Shown: in pieces, positions 40,411-47,876 of the stretch | How positions within the stretch are numbered: position 1 is the stretch's first letter | Layout of the letters: each line of letters opens with the position of its first letter | NCBI GenBank assembly: GCA_036584565.1 | Contig: JAZHDF010000076.1 | Location: forward strand, 1-47,876 | Source of the DNA: Candidatus Moraniibacteriota bacterium | GTDB lineage: Bacteria > Patescibacteriota > Minisyncoccia > Moranbacterales > UBA9337 | Direction of reading: 5' to 3' | Length of the DNA: 47,876 bases | Position numbers and translations under genes: made by a program | The notes under the pieces: model-generated | Seen by the model: the letters and a program-made list of their open reading frames with translations, nothing else | The model's database searches: none | What the model was told of the DNA's origin: nothing

Positions 40411-40872
40411 TTAAATCTCGGAAATTTTTTTAATTTCTTCCAATACTCGAGCAAAGCCCGGCATCAGCTTATATTTTGAGGCCTCTTTTATATCTATCCA
40501 TTTAAAACCTTGCGCCTCCCAGTCAAGCCTTATTTTATCGGTTTTTACCCGCACCAAGATAGGATGCACTATCCAAATTTTGTCATATTTCGGGGCGCTT
40601 TGATGAAAAATCCTTCCCAATTCGATTGATTTGATTGCGGAGGCTTTTAGTCCCAATTCTTCTTCAATCTCTTTTTTTACTTTTTCTTTTAGTGTTTTAT
40701 TGTCATCCAAAAACCCGGAAATTCCATTATAATAATTCGGGTAAAAATTTAATTTTTTGCTTCTTTGAACAATTAAAAATTTTCCCTTAAATTCCAAAAC
40801 GCAATTTATAACCGGCACCCAAGTAATCTGAGTATAATCGGTTTGACCTTCGGCCGGTTTAAATTTTTTCAT
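40411..40872 (-). CDS. NUDIX-family hydrolase
   Basis: 153 aa. Nudix-box-like GFLDDNKTLKEKVKKEIEEELGL (the REUxEExGU part is conserved as KEIEEELGL). Confidence 0.7.
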   Translation of the reverse strand: MKKFKPAEGQTDYTQITWVPVINCVLEFKGKFLIVQRSKKLNFYPNYYNGISGFLDDNKTLKEKVKKEIEEELGLKASAIKSIELGRIFHQSAPKYDKIWIVHPILVRVKTDKIRLDWEAQGFKWIDIKEASKYKLMPGFARVLEEIKKISEI

Positions 40873-40927
40873 AAAATTTTATTTTTATTATTATCACCTA
40901 CCCCCCCCTAGCCCACCATTTTTAAAA

Positions 40928-40944
40928 ATAGATTGTGCGACATA
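40928..40944 (-). repeat. Inverted third copy of the attL left arm plus central region (half dif-like site)
   Basis: The reverse complement tatgtcgcacaatctat is identical (17 of 17) to 10474-10490. It lies about 55-70 nt upstream of the NUDIX start. Confidence 0.85.
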
Positions 40945-41104
40945 GGAGATATGTTTACAAAAAGGTAATCGAAAAAAATCTTGTTATCGAGTCATCGGTC
41001 AACTGTCATCGGGAAAGATTTTGTCATTGCAAGGAGGTACTCCGACACGGCAATCTCGTCCGAAACTATTTCTCCGCATCAATAAAAGTGCCCTTCCCCA
41101 TTCT

Positions 41105-42439
41105 CTATTTATAAATTATCATCTGATTTATTGATTTTTTTGAGATCGAAACTTTGTAAAGTTTTGAAAGAAGTTCAATGCTGGAATCAAGATAAATATT
41201 GGCCCCCCAATAAGGATCATGGACGACATATTTGTCTTTATCGGTCTTATGATGAATAACGACATAGTGTCCCGCTCCGTTTCGGGCGTTGATAAAAATA
41301 ATAACCGGATTTCCTGCCGATAATTCCCTGTCCACAGTAGACCAATTCACTCCGCTGTGGGCCGTACTACTAGCCAAACGCAAATCATTCCAAGAAGTCG
41401 GCCAATTGATTAAATCCCAAGAATAAATCGGCCTGTCGGATAATTGTTTGGGATTTATCCTCTCGCCTTGATAAGTAAAGACCATCGCTACAGAACTTAC
41501 GGCGCAACCGAAATCTTTCATTTTTGATTTTGAGTTTCCGATTGTTTCATCGCCCCAACGCGGATCTTTTTGCGAGTAATACCAAGATGTCTCCGCCAAA
41601 CCGGAAGTTGGTCTTTCCAGACCCGAAGCAAAAGCCGAAATTTCGGCAAAATTAGCGTTATACAATTCATCAATGTCCCCCAAGAGCTCCTGTTTTTGTT
41701 TTTCTATTTTATCCAATTTTTCCTGATACTTTGCCTCATCCCCTTCTGTTTGAATTAAGAGGGTATTTTTTTGGCTACGAGTGGAGGCTAATCGGGTATT
41801 TTTTTCTTCTAAATCCTGGCGCGCTCGGACAACCTCGTCTCTTTTTTTAATAATTTCCGCTTGCTCTTGGGCAATTTTTTTCTGAAGATTTTTGAGGTCA
41901 ACCGTTATCTCAACAATCCTGTCTCCGGTCTGAGAGATGTGATCATTTTTAGTGGAAATGGAAGAAAAAGTTTCAATGCCGAAAACTATCTTGCTGATCG
42001 CATCATCATTATCTTCTTGATAATTTCGAATCATATCGGCCAAAATATTTTTTTGAGTCTCGATTAATATTTCATTTTTGGCCAAATCTATTCTCAAATC
42101 GTCAATCTCGGCGTTCAAGCTGTCTATTTTCTCGGCATTAGTTTTAATTTCATCTTTCAGGGTGCTTATCTCAGTGTTGAGACTTTGAATCTGACTCCCG
42201 AGCAAATTTTTTTGTTTCTGTTTGAGCAGGAGCATTTTCTCGTAAGTTTCAGCCTTTTCCTCAAGCTTTTGAATTTCTTCATTTTTCTTCTCTATTTTTT
42301 TCTGCTCCTCTTCGTTTAAATCAAGACTTGTCGAATCTTCGGCCAAGCCACTTTGCGAGCAAACCCAAAAAAATCCTAAGAAAATAAGGATGAAAAATAA
42401 AATATTTTTTTTGTTCTGAAAAGATTTCTTTGCTTTCAT
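41105..42439 (-). CDS. Secreted/anchored coiled-coil protein with a C-terminal C39/CHAP-like cysteine peptidase domain
   Basis: 444 aa. N-terminal anchor, a coiled coil of about 250 aa, then DFGCAVSSVAMVF (Cys) and GAGHYVVIHH (His). Confidence 0.6.
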   Translation of the reverse strand: MKAKKSFQNKKNILFFILIFLGFFWVCSQSGLAEDSTSLDLNEEEQKKIEKKNEEIQKLEEKAETYEKMLLLKQKQKNLLGSQIQSLNTEISTLKDEIKTNAEKIDSLNAEIDDLRIDLAKNEILIETQKNILADMIRNYQEDNDDAISKIVFGIETFSSISTKNDHISQTGDRIVEITVDLKNLQKKIAQEQAEIIKKRDEVVRARQDLEEKNTRLASTRSQKNTLLIQTEGDEAKYQEKLDKIEKQKQELLGDIDELYNANFAEISAFASGLERPTSGLAETSWYYSQKDPRWGDETIGNSKSKMKDFGCAVSSVAMVFTYQGERINPKQLSDRPIYSWDLINWPTSWNDLRLASSTAHSGVNWSTVDRELSAGNPVIIFINARNGAGHYVVIHHKTDKDKYVVHDPYWGANIYLDSSIELLSKLYKVSISKKSINQMIIYK

Positions 42440-42514
42440 TTTTTGTTTTAAGTAATTCGAAAAAGGCTCTTTTTTATTTTACAATAAAATCCGCTAAATA
42501 GAAAATGATTTTTT

Positions 42515-44083
42515 CTATAGTTGCTCCAATGCTTTACCTATTCTTTTTATCGCCTCTTGTTTGCCTAAAACCCAAGCCACTTGAAAAGGCGAAGGAGACC
42601 TCTTCTCTCCGGTCAGCGCCGCTCGCAAAGGAAAAAGTAAATCCCCGCGCTTATCGCCGGCACTCTCCAATAATAATTTTTCAATATTTTGAAGATTCCA
42701 ATTTTCCTCGGAAATGCTTTCTAAAACCTCTTTGGCTTTGTTTAAATTATTTGCGGTGTCTTGATTCGAATTTTCTTTCCAGCGCATTTCGTCCGGACTT
42801 ATCGAGATATCCTTACCTTCGACAAAGAAAAATTTATTTTCTTCTCCGACATCCGAAAGTTTGACCAATCTTTCTTGCTCTACAGCCAATATTTTTTTTA
42901 AATATTCTTCTTTCTCGATATTGTTCCAATCTTTATTTTTTATATCCCAGTCTTTATAAAAATCTTTTCTTTCCAAAAAAGGCAATGCTTTGGCAAACAA
43001 TTCATCCAAAGAAAGCTTCTTGATATATTGAGCATTGAGCCAATCCAATTTCTTCAGGTCAAAAACCGCTCCGGCTTTATGCACCTTATTTATCTCAAAT
43101 TTATCAACCAATTCTTCAAGTGAAAAAATTTCTTGAGTTTCTCCCTCTCCGGGATTCCAACCCAAAAGAGCCACGAAATTTATAATAGCCTCTTTTAGAT
43201 ATCCGTTCTTGATATAATCTTCCACTGCCACATCCCCCATTCTTTTGGATAATTTTTTCTTATCCGTGCTCAAAAGAAGCGGTAAATGAGCAAATTCCGG
43301 AGCGGTCCAGCCGAAAGCTTCATACAATAAAATATGTTTCGGAGTGCTGGGTAACCATTCCTCTCCTCTGATCACATGCGTAATTTGCATTTCATGATCA
43401 TCGATTATATTCGCCAAATGGTAGGTCGGAAAACCGTCGGACTTCATCAAAACTTGGTCGTCTATGGTATTGGTATTTATCGAAATTTTTCCTCGCACAA
43501 TATCGCTAAATTCAATCAGTCTGTCTTTAGGAACTTTTAATCTGATAACATAGGGCTCGTTGTTTTTTAATTTTTCCATTATCTCTTTATCGGACAGCTT
43601 ATTCAGACAGTGGCGATCATACATGGGAGGTTTTTTTTGAGAAATTTGCTCTTCGCGCATTTTTTCCAAACGCTCCGAACCGCAAAAACAATAATAAGCC
43701 AATCCTTTTTCCACCAACTGCTCTACATATTTTTTATAAATTTCTAATTTCTCCGATTGGATATAAGGACCGAATTTCCCGACTTCCAAGACACCCGGGT
43801 AATTCTCCGAACTTATAACAATTTCCGAATCATCCTTGACTTCCACGCTTTGGAAAACGCCCTCATCCCGCTTAAGCCCCATCCAATCCAATGATCCGAT
43901 AAGACTCTCAACCGCCCCCTCGACAAATCTTTTTCTGTCCGTATCTTCGATTTTCAAAATAAAAACACCCTTATTTTTTCTGGCAAACAAATAATTATAA
44001 AGAGCGCTCCTTAAGCTCCCGACATGCAGATAGCCGGTCGGACTGGGAGCAAATCTGACTCTGATTTTTGTATCGGTATTCAT
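42515..44083 (-). CDS. gltX: Glutamyl-tRNA synthetase
   Basis: RFAPSPTGYLHVGS (HIGH) and KLSKRMG (KMSKS). The likely start is the ATG at 44083 (MNTDTKIRVRF), not 44140. Confidence 0.9.
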   Translation of the reverse strand: MNTDTKIRVRFAPSPTGYLHVGSLRSALYNYLFARKNKGVFILKIEDTDRKRFVEGAVESLIGSLDWMGLKRDEGVFQSVEVKDDSEIVISSENYPGVLEVGKFGPYIQSEKLEIYKKYVEQLVEKGLAYYCFCGSERLEKMREEQISQKKPPMYDRHCLNKLSDKEIMEKLKNNEPYVIRLKVPKDRLIEFSDIVRGKISINTNTIDDQVLMKSDGFPTYHLANIIDDHEMQITHVIRGEEWLPSTPKHILLYEAFGWTAPEFAHLPLLLSTDKKKLSKRMGDVAVEDYIKNGYLKEAIINFVALLGWNPGEGETQEIFSLEELVDKFEINKVHKAGAVFDLKKLDWLNAQYIKKLSLDELFAKALPFLERKDFYKDWDIKNKDWNNIEKEEYLKKILAVEQERLVKLSDVGEENKFFFVEGKDISISPDEMRWKENSNQDTANNLNKAKEVLESISEENWNLQNIEKLLLESAGDKRGDLLFPLRAALTGEKRSPSPFQVAWVLGKQEAIKRIGKALEQL

Positions 44084-44169
44084 AAATTTATCTCTAAAAA
44101 GCCTTTGGCAAATCACTGAGACCCCCCGATGGAAGGCCAAGTCCTGCTTAATCCTTATTTATGTATTAA

Positions 44170-45453
44170 TTAAAAAACAAAAATATTTTTTCCTGACAAC
44201 ATCAGAACTCCTATAATTATAAGCAAAATTCCCCCGATTAACAAGGCCAGATTAGAATATTTGGCCCCGAACTGATAAAATTTTCGGTAACCGAAAATTG
44301 CCAAACCGAAAACAATAAAATCATCCACCATATAAAATAAAGTGTAAATTCCGATATAAAATTGTTGCATCCAAAAACTGACACTATTAATCTCCAAGAT
44401 TTTGGTAAAAGACTGAGCCAAACCGATCGAGCAAGCAAACTCTATAATATTAACCGAAAAAGCCAAGCCGATAATAACAAAAGTGACGAGAATGCTGAGC
44501 GGATTGGTGGCGATATCCTTTATTCGAGTGGTTGTTTTTCTTTGGTGTTCGATACTGGTGACATCGCAAACTAACTGACCTTTATTTTTTCTAAATTTAT
44601 AAAGAAAATAAATTCCCGCCCCCAAGCTCAATAAACCTATCAACGGTAAAACCAATTTATCCAATTTGATAAAGTCCCAGGTCAAATACCAAACATTCAA
44701 TATCAAAAAATACATTACCGCTTCGGCCACAATAAATATTCCGGCCACAAAAATCATCTTGGATTGACTGCCGACCTGAGAAAGCGCGATCAAAAAAGCC
44801 ACCAAAACCCACATAGCGCAAGGATTAAACCCGTCTATGAAGCCCAAGATAGTCGCCAAAGAAAAAAGTGAAAAATCCTTGGTTTCAGTTACTCCCCAAA
44901 AAGGTATTTTTATTTTTTCCAAGGTGTCTTTTTGAATTTCATCCTGACTGCAGGCCTCCGCTCCGGTTACGGCGCAAAAACCGGAAGAGTCGGAATCGGT
45001 CGACTCAAATTTCTCATTTTGGTTAAGATATTTTTCCAAACTGTTATATTTTGAATCGGCAATAGAAAGAATTTCTTGTCCGGTCGACTCAGCCGAATCA
45101 AAGCCTATCAGAGCCTTTCCGCCAGCCAAAGTAATCGGAGTAACTTTTGTCAACTCATATTTCTCAACGACGGCCAAAAATTTTTGATAATTCTCCCCCT
45201 CTCCAATGTCTAAAAATTCCGGTTTAACATTTTTATTTTTTATCTTTGACAAAAAGGCTTCCTCTTTTGCGCAAGCGCCGCACCCTTCTCGAACAAAAAC
45301 AATAATATGTTTTTCTCCTTCAATTTGGATATCTTCCGTTTCCCCTCCCCTATCTTGATTGAAAATGAAGAAAGTTAGCGTGGCCGATATAGCTATAAGA
45401 AGAAAAAATAAAATCTTGTTTTGAATATTTTTATTTTTTTTCAGAAAAAACAT
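44170..45453 (-). CDS. Thioredoxin/glutaredoxin-like domain fused to a DsbD/CcdA-like membrane thiol-disulfide transporter
   Basis: 427 aa. REGCGACAKEE (CxxC) in the N-terminal soluble domain, FIDGFNPCAMWVL in the first helix of the TM domain, and multiple TM helices. Confidence 0.6.
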   Translation of the reverse strand: MFFLKKNKNIQNKILFFLLIAISATLTFFIFNQDRGGETEDIQIEGEKHIIVFVREGCGACAKEEAFLSKIKNKNVKPEFLDIGEGENYQKFLAVVEKYELTKVTPITLAGGKALIGFDSAESTGQEILSIADSKYNSLEKYLNQNEKFESTDSDSSGFCAVTGAEACSQDEIQKDTLEKIKIPFWGVTETKDFSLFSLATILGFIDGFNPCAMWVLVAFLIALSQVGSQSKMIFVAGIFIVAEAVMYFLILNVWYLTWDFIKLDKLVLPLIGLLSLGAGIYFLYKFRKNKGQLVCDVTSIEHQRKTTTRIKDIATNPLSILVTFVIIGLAFSVNIIEFACSIGLAQSFTKILEINSVSFWMQQFYIGIYTLFYMVDDFIVFGLAIFGYRKFYQFGAKYSNLALLIGGILLIIIGVLMLSGKNIFVF

Positions 45454-45500
45454 TTTTTATTTTCTTTTAATTAATAAAAATTTGTCACTTGACTTATTAT

Positions 45501-45550
45501 ACAAAACAAAAACGCCTTCGTCCATAGTGATATGAATAGAAGGCGTTTTT
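45501..45550 (-). terminator. Rho-independent terminator after the 750-aa gene
   Basis: Stem aacgccttc / gaaggcgtt. On the - strand it is followed by tttttgttttg. Confidence 0.65.
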
Positions 45551-45560
45551 TAAGCAAAGA

Positions 45561-47813
45561 TTATCTAACTCTAACCAGCACAACTTTATCCTCTTTATTA
45601 CCGGATTTGTCATAAGTTCTGATCAAGAGCGTATGCGTTCCTTTGGGGGTTCCGGCCGGGACATCGAAGAATCCGTCTTTGGTTTTTACTTTTTCTCCGT
45701 TAAAATAGTATTTATAATATCTGATCTTGTAATCATCGGTGGCATTCCACCAAATCTTACTCCCCACTTGTTTATTGATAATCGGAGGAATGCTGTCAAA
45801 TTCGGGATCTTTGGTGTCAAGTTTCACTCTGTAACTACTCGATTTATCCAATAAATCTCCCGAACTATTAAGATAATGAAGTTTTAAGCTGTATGTTCCG
45901 TCTTCTTTAAATCTAACCTTAACCTTCCAATTACCCTCGCTATCCGCTTCAATTTCCTCTTTCATTTTTCCATCTACATAAACTTGAACTTTTCCGTTTC
46001 TCAAGTATTCCGATTTGCCCTTGAAGGTGGTTTTTTCTTTTTTAATATAAATTCTTTTATCTTTATCAATTTTTTCAAACTCATCCCCGAGATTGACCGA
46101 AGGCTTGGATATTTTAATTTCGCTTTCCGGATTTGGTATTTCAACCTCATCATCTTCGGAAACCGGAATCTCTTCTCCCTCCGCTTCTACACTAAAGGAG
46201 ATATTAAATGAATCTCCGTTGGCGTTTCCGCTTCCGTCGATACATTTAATGTAGTAAGTATAAGCCGTTCCATTGCTCAAGCCGGTCAAACTGGTTGAGT
46301 GCGCGGTCGATCCGGTAGTGGAAAAATCTCCGCTCATTAGAGAATACCCAACATTTTCGTTTGAATATTTACAAGTGGCGTTTTCACTAGTCGTTACTTG
46401 CATTTCGATGGTCTGAGTATCCAGAGGCAATACTCCCGAAGGAGCTCCTCCCGACAAAGTCGGAGGGGTGGTATCCGGCAGGGTAATCACCACACCATCG
46501 CTGGAGCTAACCGAAATATTTCCGACCGCATCTCTTACCCAAGCGTACAAAGTCTTGCTACCGGCCGAAGAAAAAAGATAGGTAGTTGGCGCTGTAGCAC
46601 TCCAACCGGAAGCTCCCAAAGAGGGAGTCGCCGAGGTCTCGGTCAATAAATAAGCGGTTACTTCGATATTATCGGTCGCCTCAAAAGTTGTTATCGCCAC
46701 ATTTAAAGATTCGGCTGTAGCGGGAATAACAAAAGAAGAAATCGTCGGTCGACTGGAGTCAATATTAACCGAGTCGTTCAAACTTGCAGAAATGTTTCCG
46801 ACTGCATCTTTGGCCCAAGCATACAAAGTCTTGATCCCATCGCTGCTAAAAACATAGTTGGCGGGAGCAGAAACCGACCAAGCGGGATCGTCCACAGACG
46901 GAGTATCGGAGGTTTCCGTTAACAGATAGCCGGTAACCGACAGATTATCGGTCGCCGTAAAAGTAGTGATTGGCACGGTTTGAGAAGTCGAATTGGCCGG
47001 AATGACAAAATTTGTCACCACCGGAATAGCGTTTACGGAAACTGCATCATTGAGACTAAGCGAAACATTGCCATCCGCATCTCTGGCCCAAGCATATAGG
47101 GTCTTGCTACCTTCCGTATCAAAAGTATAATTTGTCGGAGCGGTTGCCGACCAGCCGGCGGATTCGGGAGTTGGTGCCACATCCGTTTCGGTAATTTTAT
47201 AACCCACTACCCCGACATTGTCGGTCGCCGTAAAAGTGGTAATCGGGACTGTTAAAGATGTTGAGGTTTCGGGAATAGTAAATTCTGTCACCACCGGTGC
47301 CTCGGCATCCAGTCCGCTGGAAGCGATTGTCACTGCGGAATTTGTCCTGGTAGCGACAACAAATCCGCCCAAAGCGGAAGCGTCGGAAGTAACGGCAAAA
47401 GAAACCGGAGAATCGGTGGCGGTGGCCAAAGCTGTAAAAGAAAAAGTGGCCACATCGGAGGTGGTGGTAATATAAGTAGGAGGATTAGTTAATAAACCTA
47501 CATCAATAGAGCCCGTACCACTACCGATTGTAGGCCCGGCTAAGGTTATATTAAAAGCATCCGATCTGGTAATGCTATCCAATCTAAGCGCAACCGGATC
47601 ATAAGTTACATCCAATTCCACTCCTCCAACCGTGTTGGTTCCCGGATCTACTTGAGCGATCAAATCGAATGTTTGACCAACCGTAGTTGCAACAGTGGCC
47701 TGGTTAAAAAGAAGCTCGGCGTCCACCGCCGCCTGAGAGTTGCCCGCTCCCAAAAAAGTAACTCCGAGTAGAGATATACCCGACAGCAAGATAATTTTTT
47801 TTATCTTTCTCAT
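45561..47813 (-). CDS. Secreted repeat-rich surface protein (cohesin-like N-domain plus Ig-like repeats)
   Basis: 750 aa. Signal peptide. The GQTFDLIAQVDPGTNTVGGVELDVTYDPVALRL segment is cohesin-like. Three tandem units of about 91 aa and further Ig/FN3-like modules follow. Confidence 0.65.
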   Translation of the reverse strand: MRKIKKIILLSGISLLGVTFLGAGNSQAAVDAELLFNQATVATTVGQTFDLIAQVDPGTNTVGGVELDVTYDPVALRLDSITRSDAFNITLAGPTIGSGTGSIDVGLLTNPPTYITTTSDVATFSFTALATATDSPVSFAVTSDASALGGFVVATRTNSAVTIASSGLDAEAPVVTEFTIPETSTSLTVPITTFTATDNVGVVGYKITETDVAPTPESAGWSATAPTNYTFDTEGSKTLYAWARDADGNVSLSLNDAVSVNAIPVVTNFVIPANSTSQTVPITTFTATDNLSVTGYLLTETSDTPSVDDPAWSVSAPANYVFSSDGIKTLYAWAKDAVGNISASLNDSVNIDSSRPTISSFVIPATAESLNVAITTFEATDNIEVTAYLLTETSATPSLGASGWSATAPTTYLFSSAGSKTLYAWVRDAVGNISVSSSDGVVITLPDTTPPTLSGGAPSGVLPLDTQTIEMQVTTSENATCKYSNENVGYSLMSGDFSTTGSTAHSTSLTGLSNGTAYTYYIKCIDGSGNANGDSFNISFSVEAEGEEIPVSEDDEVEIPNPESEIKISKPSVNLGDEFEKIDKDKRIYIKKEKTTFKGKSEYLRNGKVQVYVDGKMKEEIEADSEGNWKVKVRFKEDGTYSLKLHYLNSSGDLLDKSSSYRVKLDTKDPEFDSIPPIINKQVGSKIWWNATDDYKIRYYKYYFNGEKVKTKDGFFDVPAGTPKGTHTLLIRTYDKSGNKEDKVVLVRVR
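46479..47300 (-). repeat. Three tandem coding repeats of about 273-276 nt (about 91 aa each)
   Basis: Units begin APVVTEFTIPE, IPVVTNFVIPA and RPTISSFVIPA. Each contains ITTF(T/E)ATDN..V.(G/A)Y and KTLYAW(A/V)(R/K)DA.GN. Confidence 0.8.
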
Positions 47814-47822
47814 ATTTATTAT

Positions 47823-47874
47823 GGCTCTAGACCATCAAACTAATTAATATTTATGTAAAATTCTAATTAAATCT
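47823..47874. repeat. Right arm of the 52-bp terminal inverted repeat
   Basis: Exact reverse complement of nt 1-52. It lies 9 nt upstream of the start codon (47813, - strand) of the last gene. Confidence 0.95.
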
Positions 47875-47876
47875 TT

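Noticed and set aside
1-47876. Interpreting the 52-bp terminal inverted repeats as proof of a complete linear phage or plasmid genome.
   Set aside because: The window carries core housekeeping genes (gltX, rlmN, pyrH, Fe-S assembly) and an internal prophage with its own att sites. No protein-primed polymerase, terminal protein or telomere resolvase is present. A collapsed genomic inverted repeat is more parsimonious.

Overview
This is an AT-rich bacterial window read with the standard genetic code (TGA is used as a stop). All domain calls come from motifs read by eye; no database search was possible.

Layout:
- Left host flank (1-10.5 kb): compact housekeeping genes, mostly on the + strand. 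They include archaeal-type pyrH, two secreted proteins, a Cas4/AddB-like PD-(D/E)XK nuclease, rlmN and an Rrf2-cysteine desulfurase-IscU cluster.
- Right host flank (40.4-47.8 kb): genes all on the - strand. They include a NUDIX hydrolase, a coiled-coil/C39-like peptidase, gltX, a thioredoxin-DsbD-like membrane protein and a 750-aa repeat-rich surface protein.
- Centre (10491-39918): a roughly 29.4-kb integrated temperate phage sits where the two flanks converge. It is bounded by an exact 13-bp direct repeat that forms one arm of a dif-like 11-6-11 recombinase core site.

Prophage content: almost every phage gene is on the - strand. In window (+ strand) coordinate order, which is the reverse of - strand transcription, they are:
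- Xer-like integrase and a small HTH protein.
- Lysis cassette: holin, an apparently circularly permuted M23 endolysin and small TM proteins.
- C1q-like tail fibre, tail proteins and a 2117-aa HExxH-bearing virion protein.
- A + strand two-gene membrane moron with its own promoter and terminator.
- Capsid, scaffold and portal.
- Packaging module: TerS, HNH and a large terminase split into separate ATPase and nuclease ORFs by a 1.4-kb island carrying an MT-A70 methylase.
- RusA and a replication-initiator-like gene containing palindromic iterons.
- An SLT-domain protein.

Other notable signals:
- A near-consensus promoter followed by an untranslated stretch of about 175 nt and two tandem terminators just upstream of the portal, resembling the lambda PR'/tR' late leader.
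- 30-nt perfectly conserved leaders shared by unrelated phage genes.
- A 23-bp tandem duplication.
- A 52-bp perfect inverted repeat forming both ends of the window.
- A shared C-terminal tail on the two secreted host proteins.
- A 21-bp long-range inverted repeat between the desulfurase and iscU.
- A 20-bp perfect hairpin in a 600-bp non-coding gap.

No rRNA, tRNA or CRISPR array was found. The host gene content suggests a reduced-genome, Patescibacteria/CPR-like bacterium, but that is inference only.
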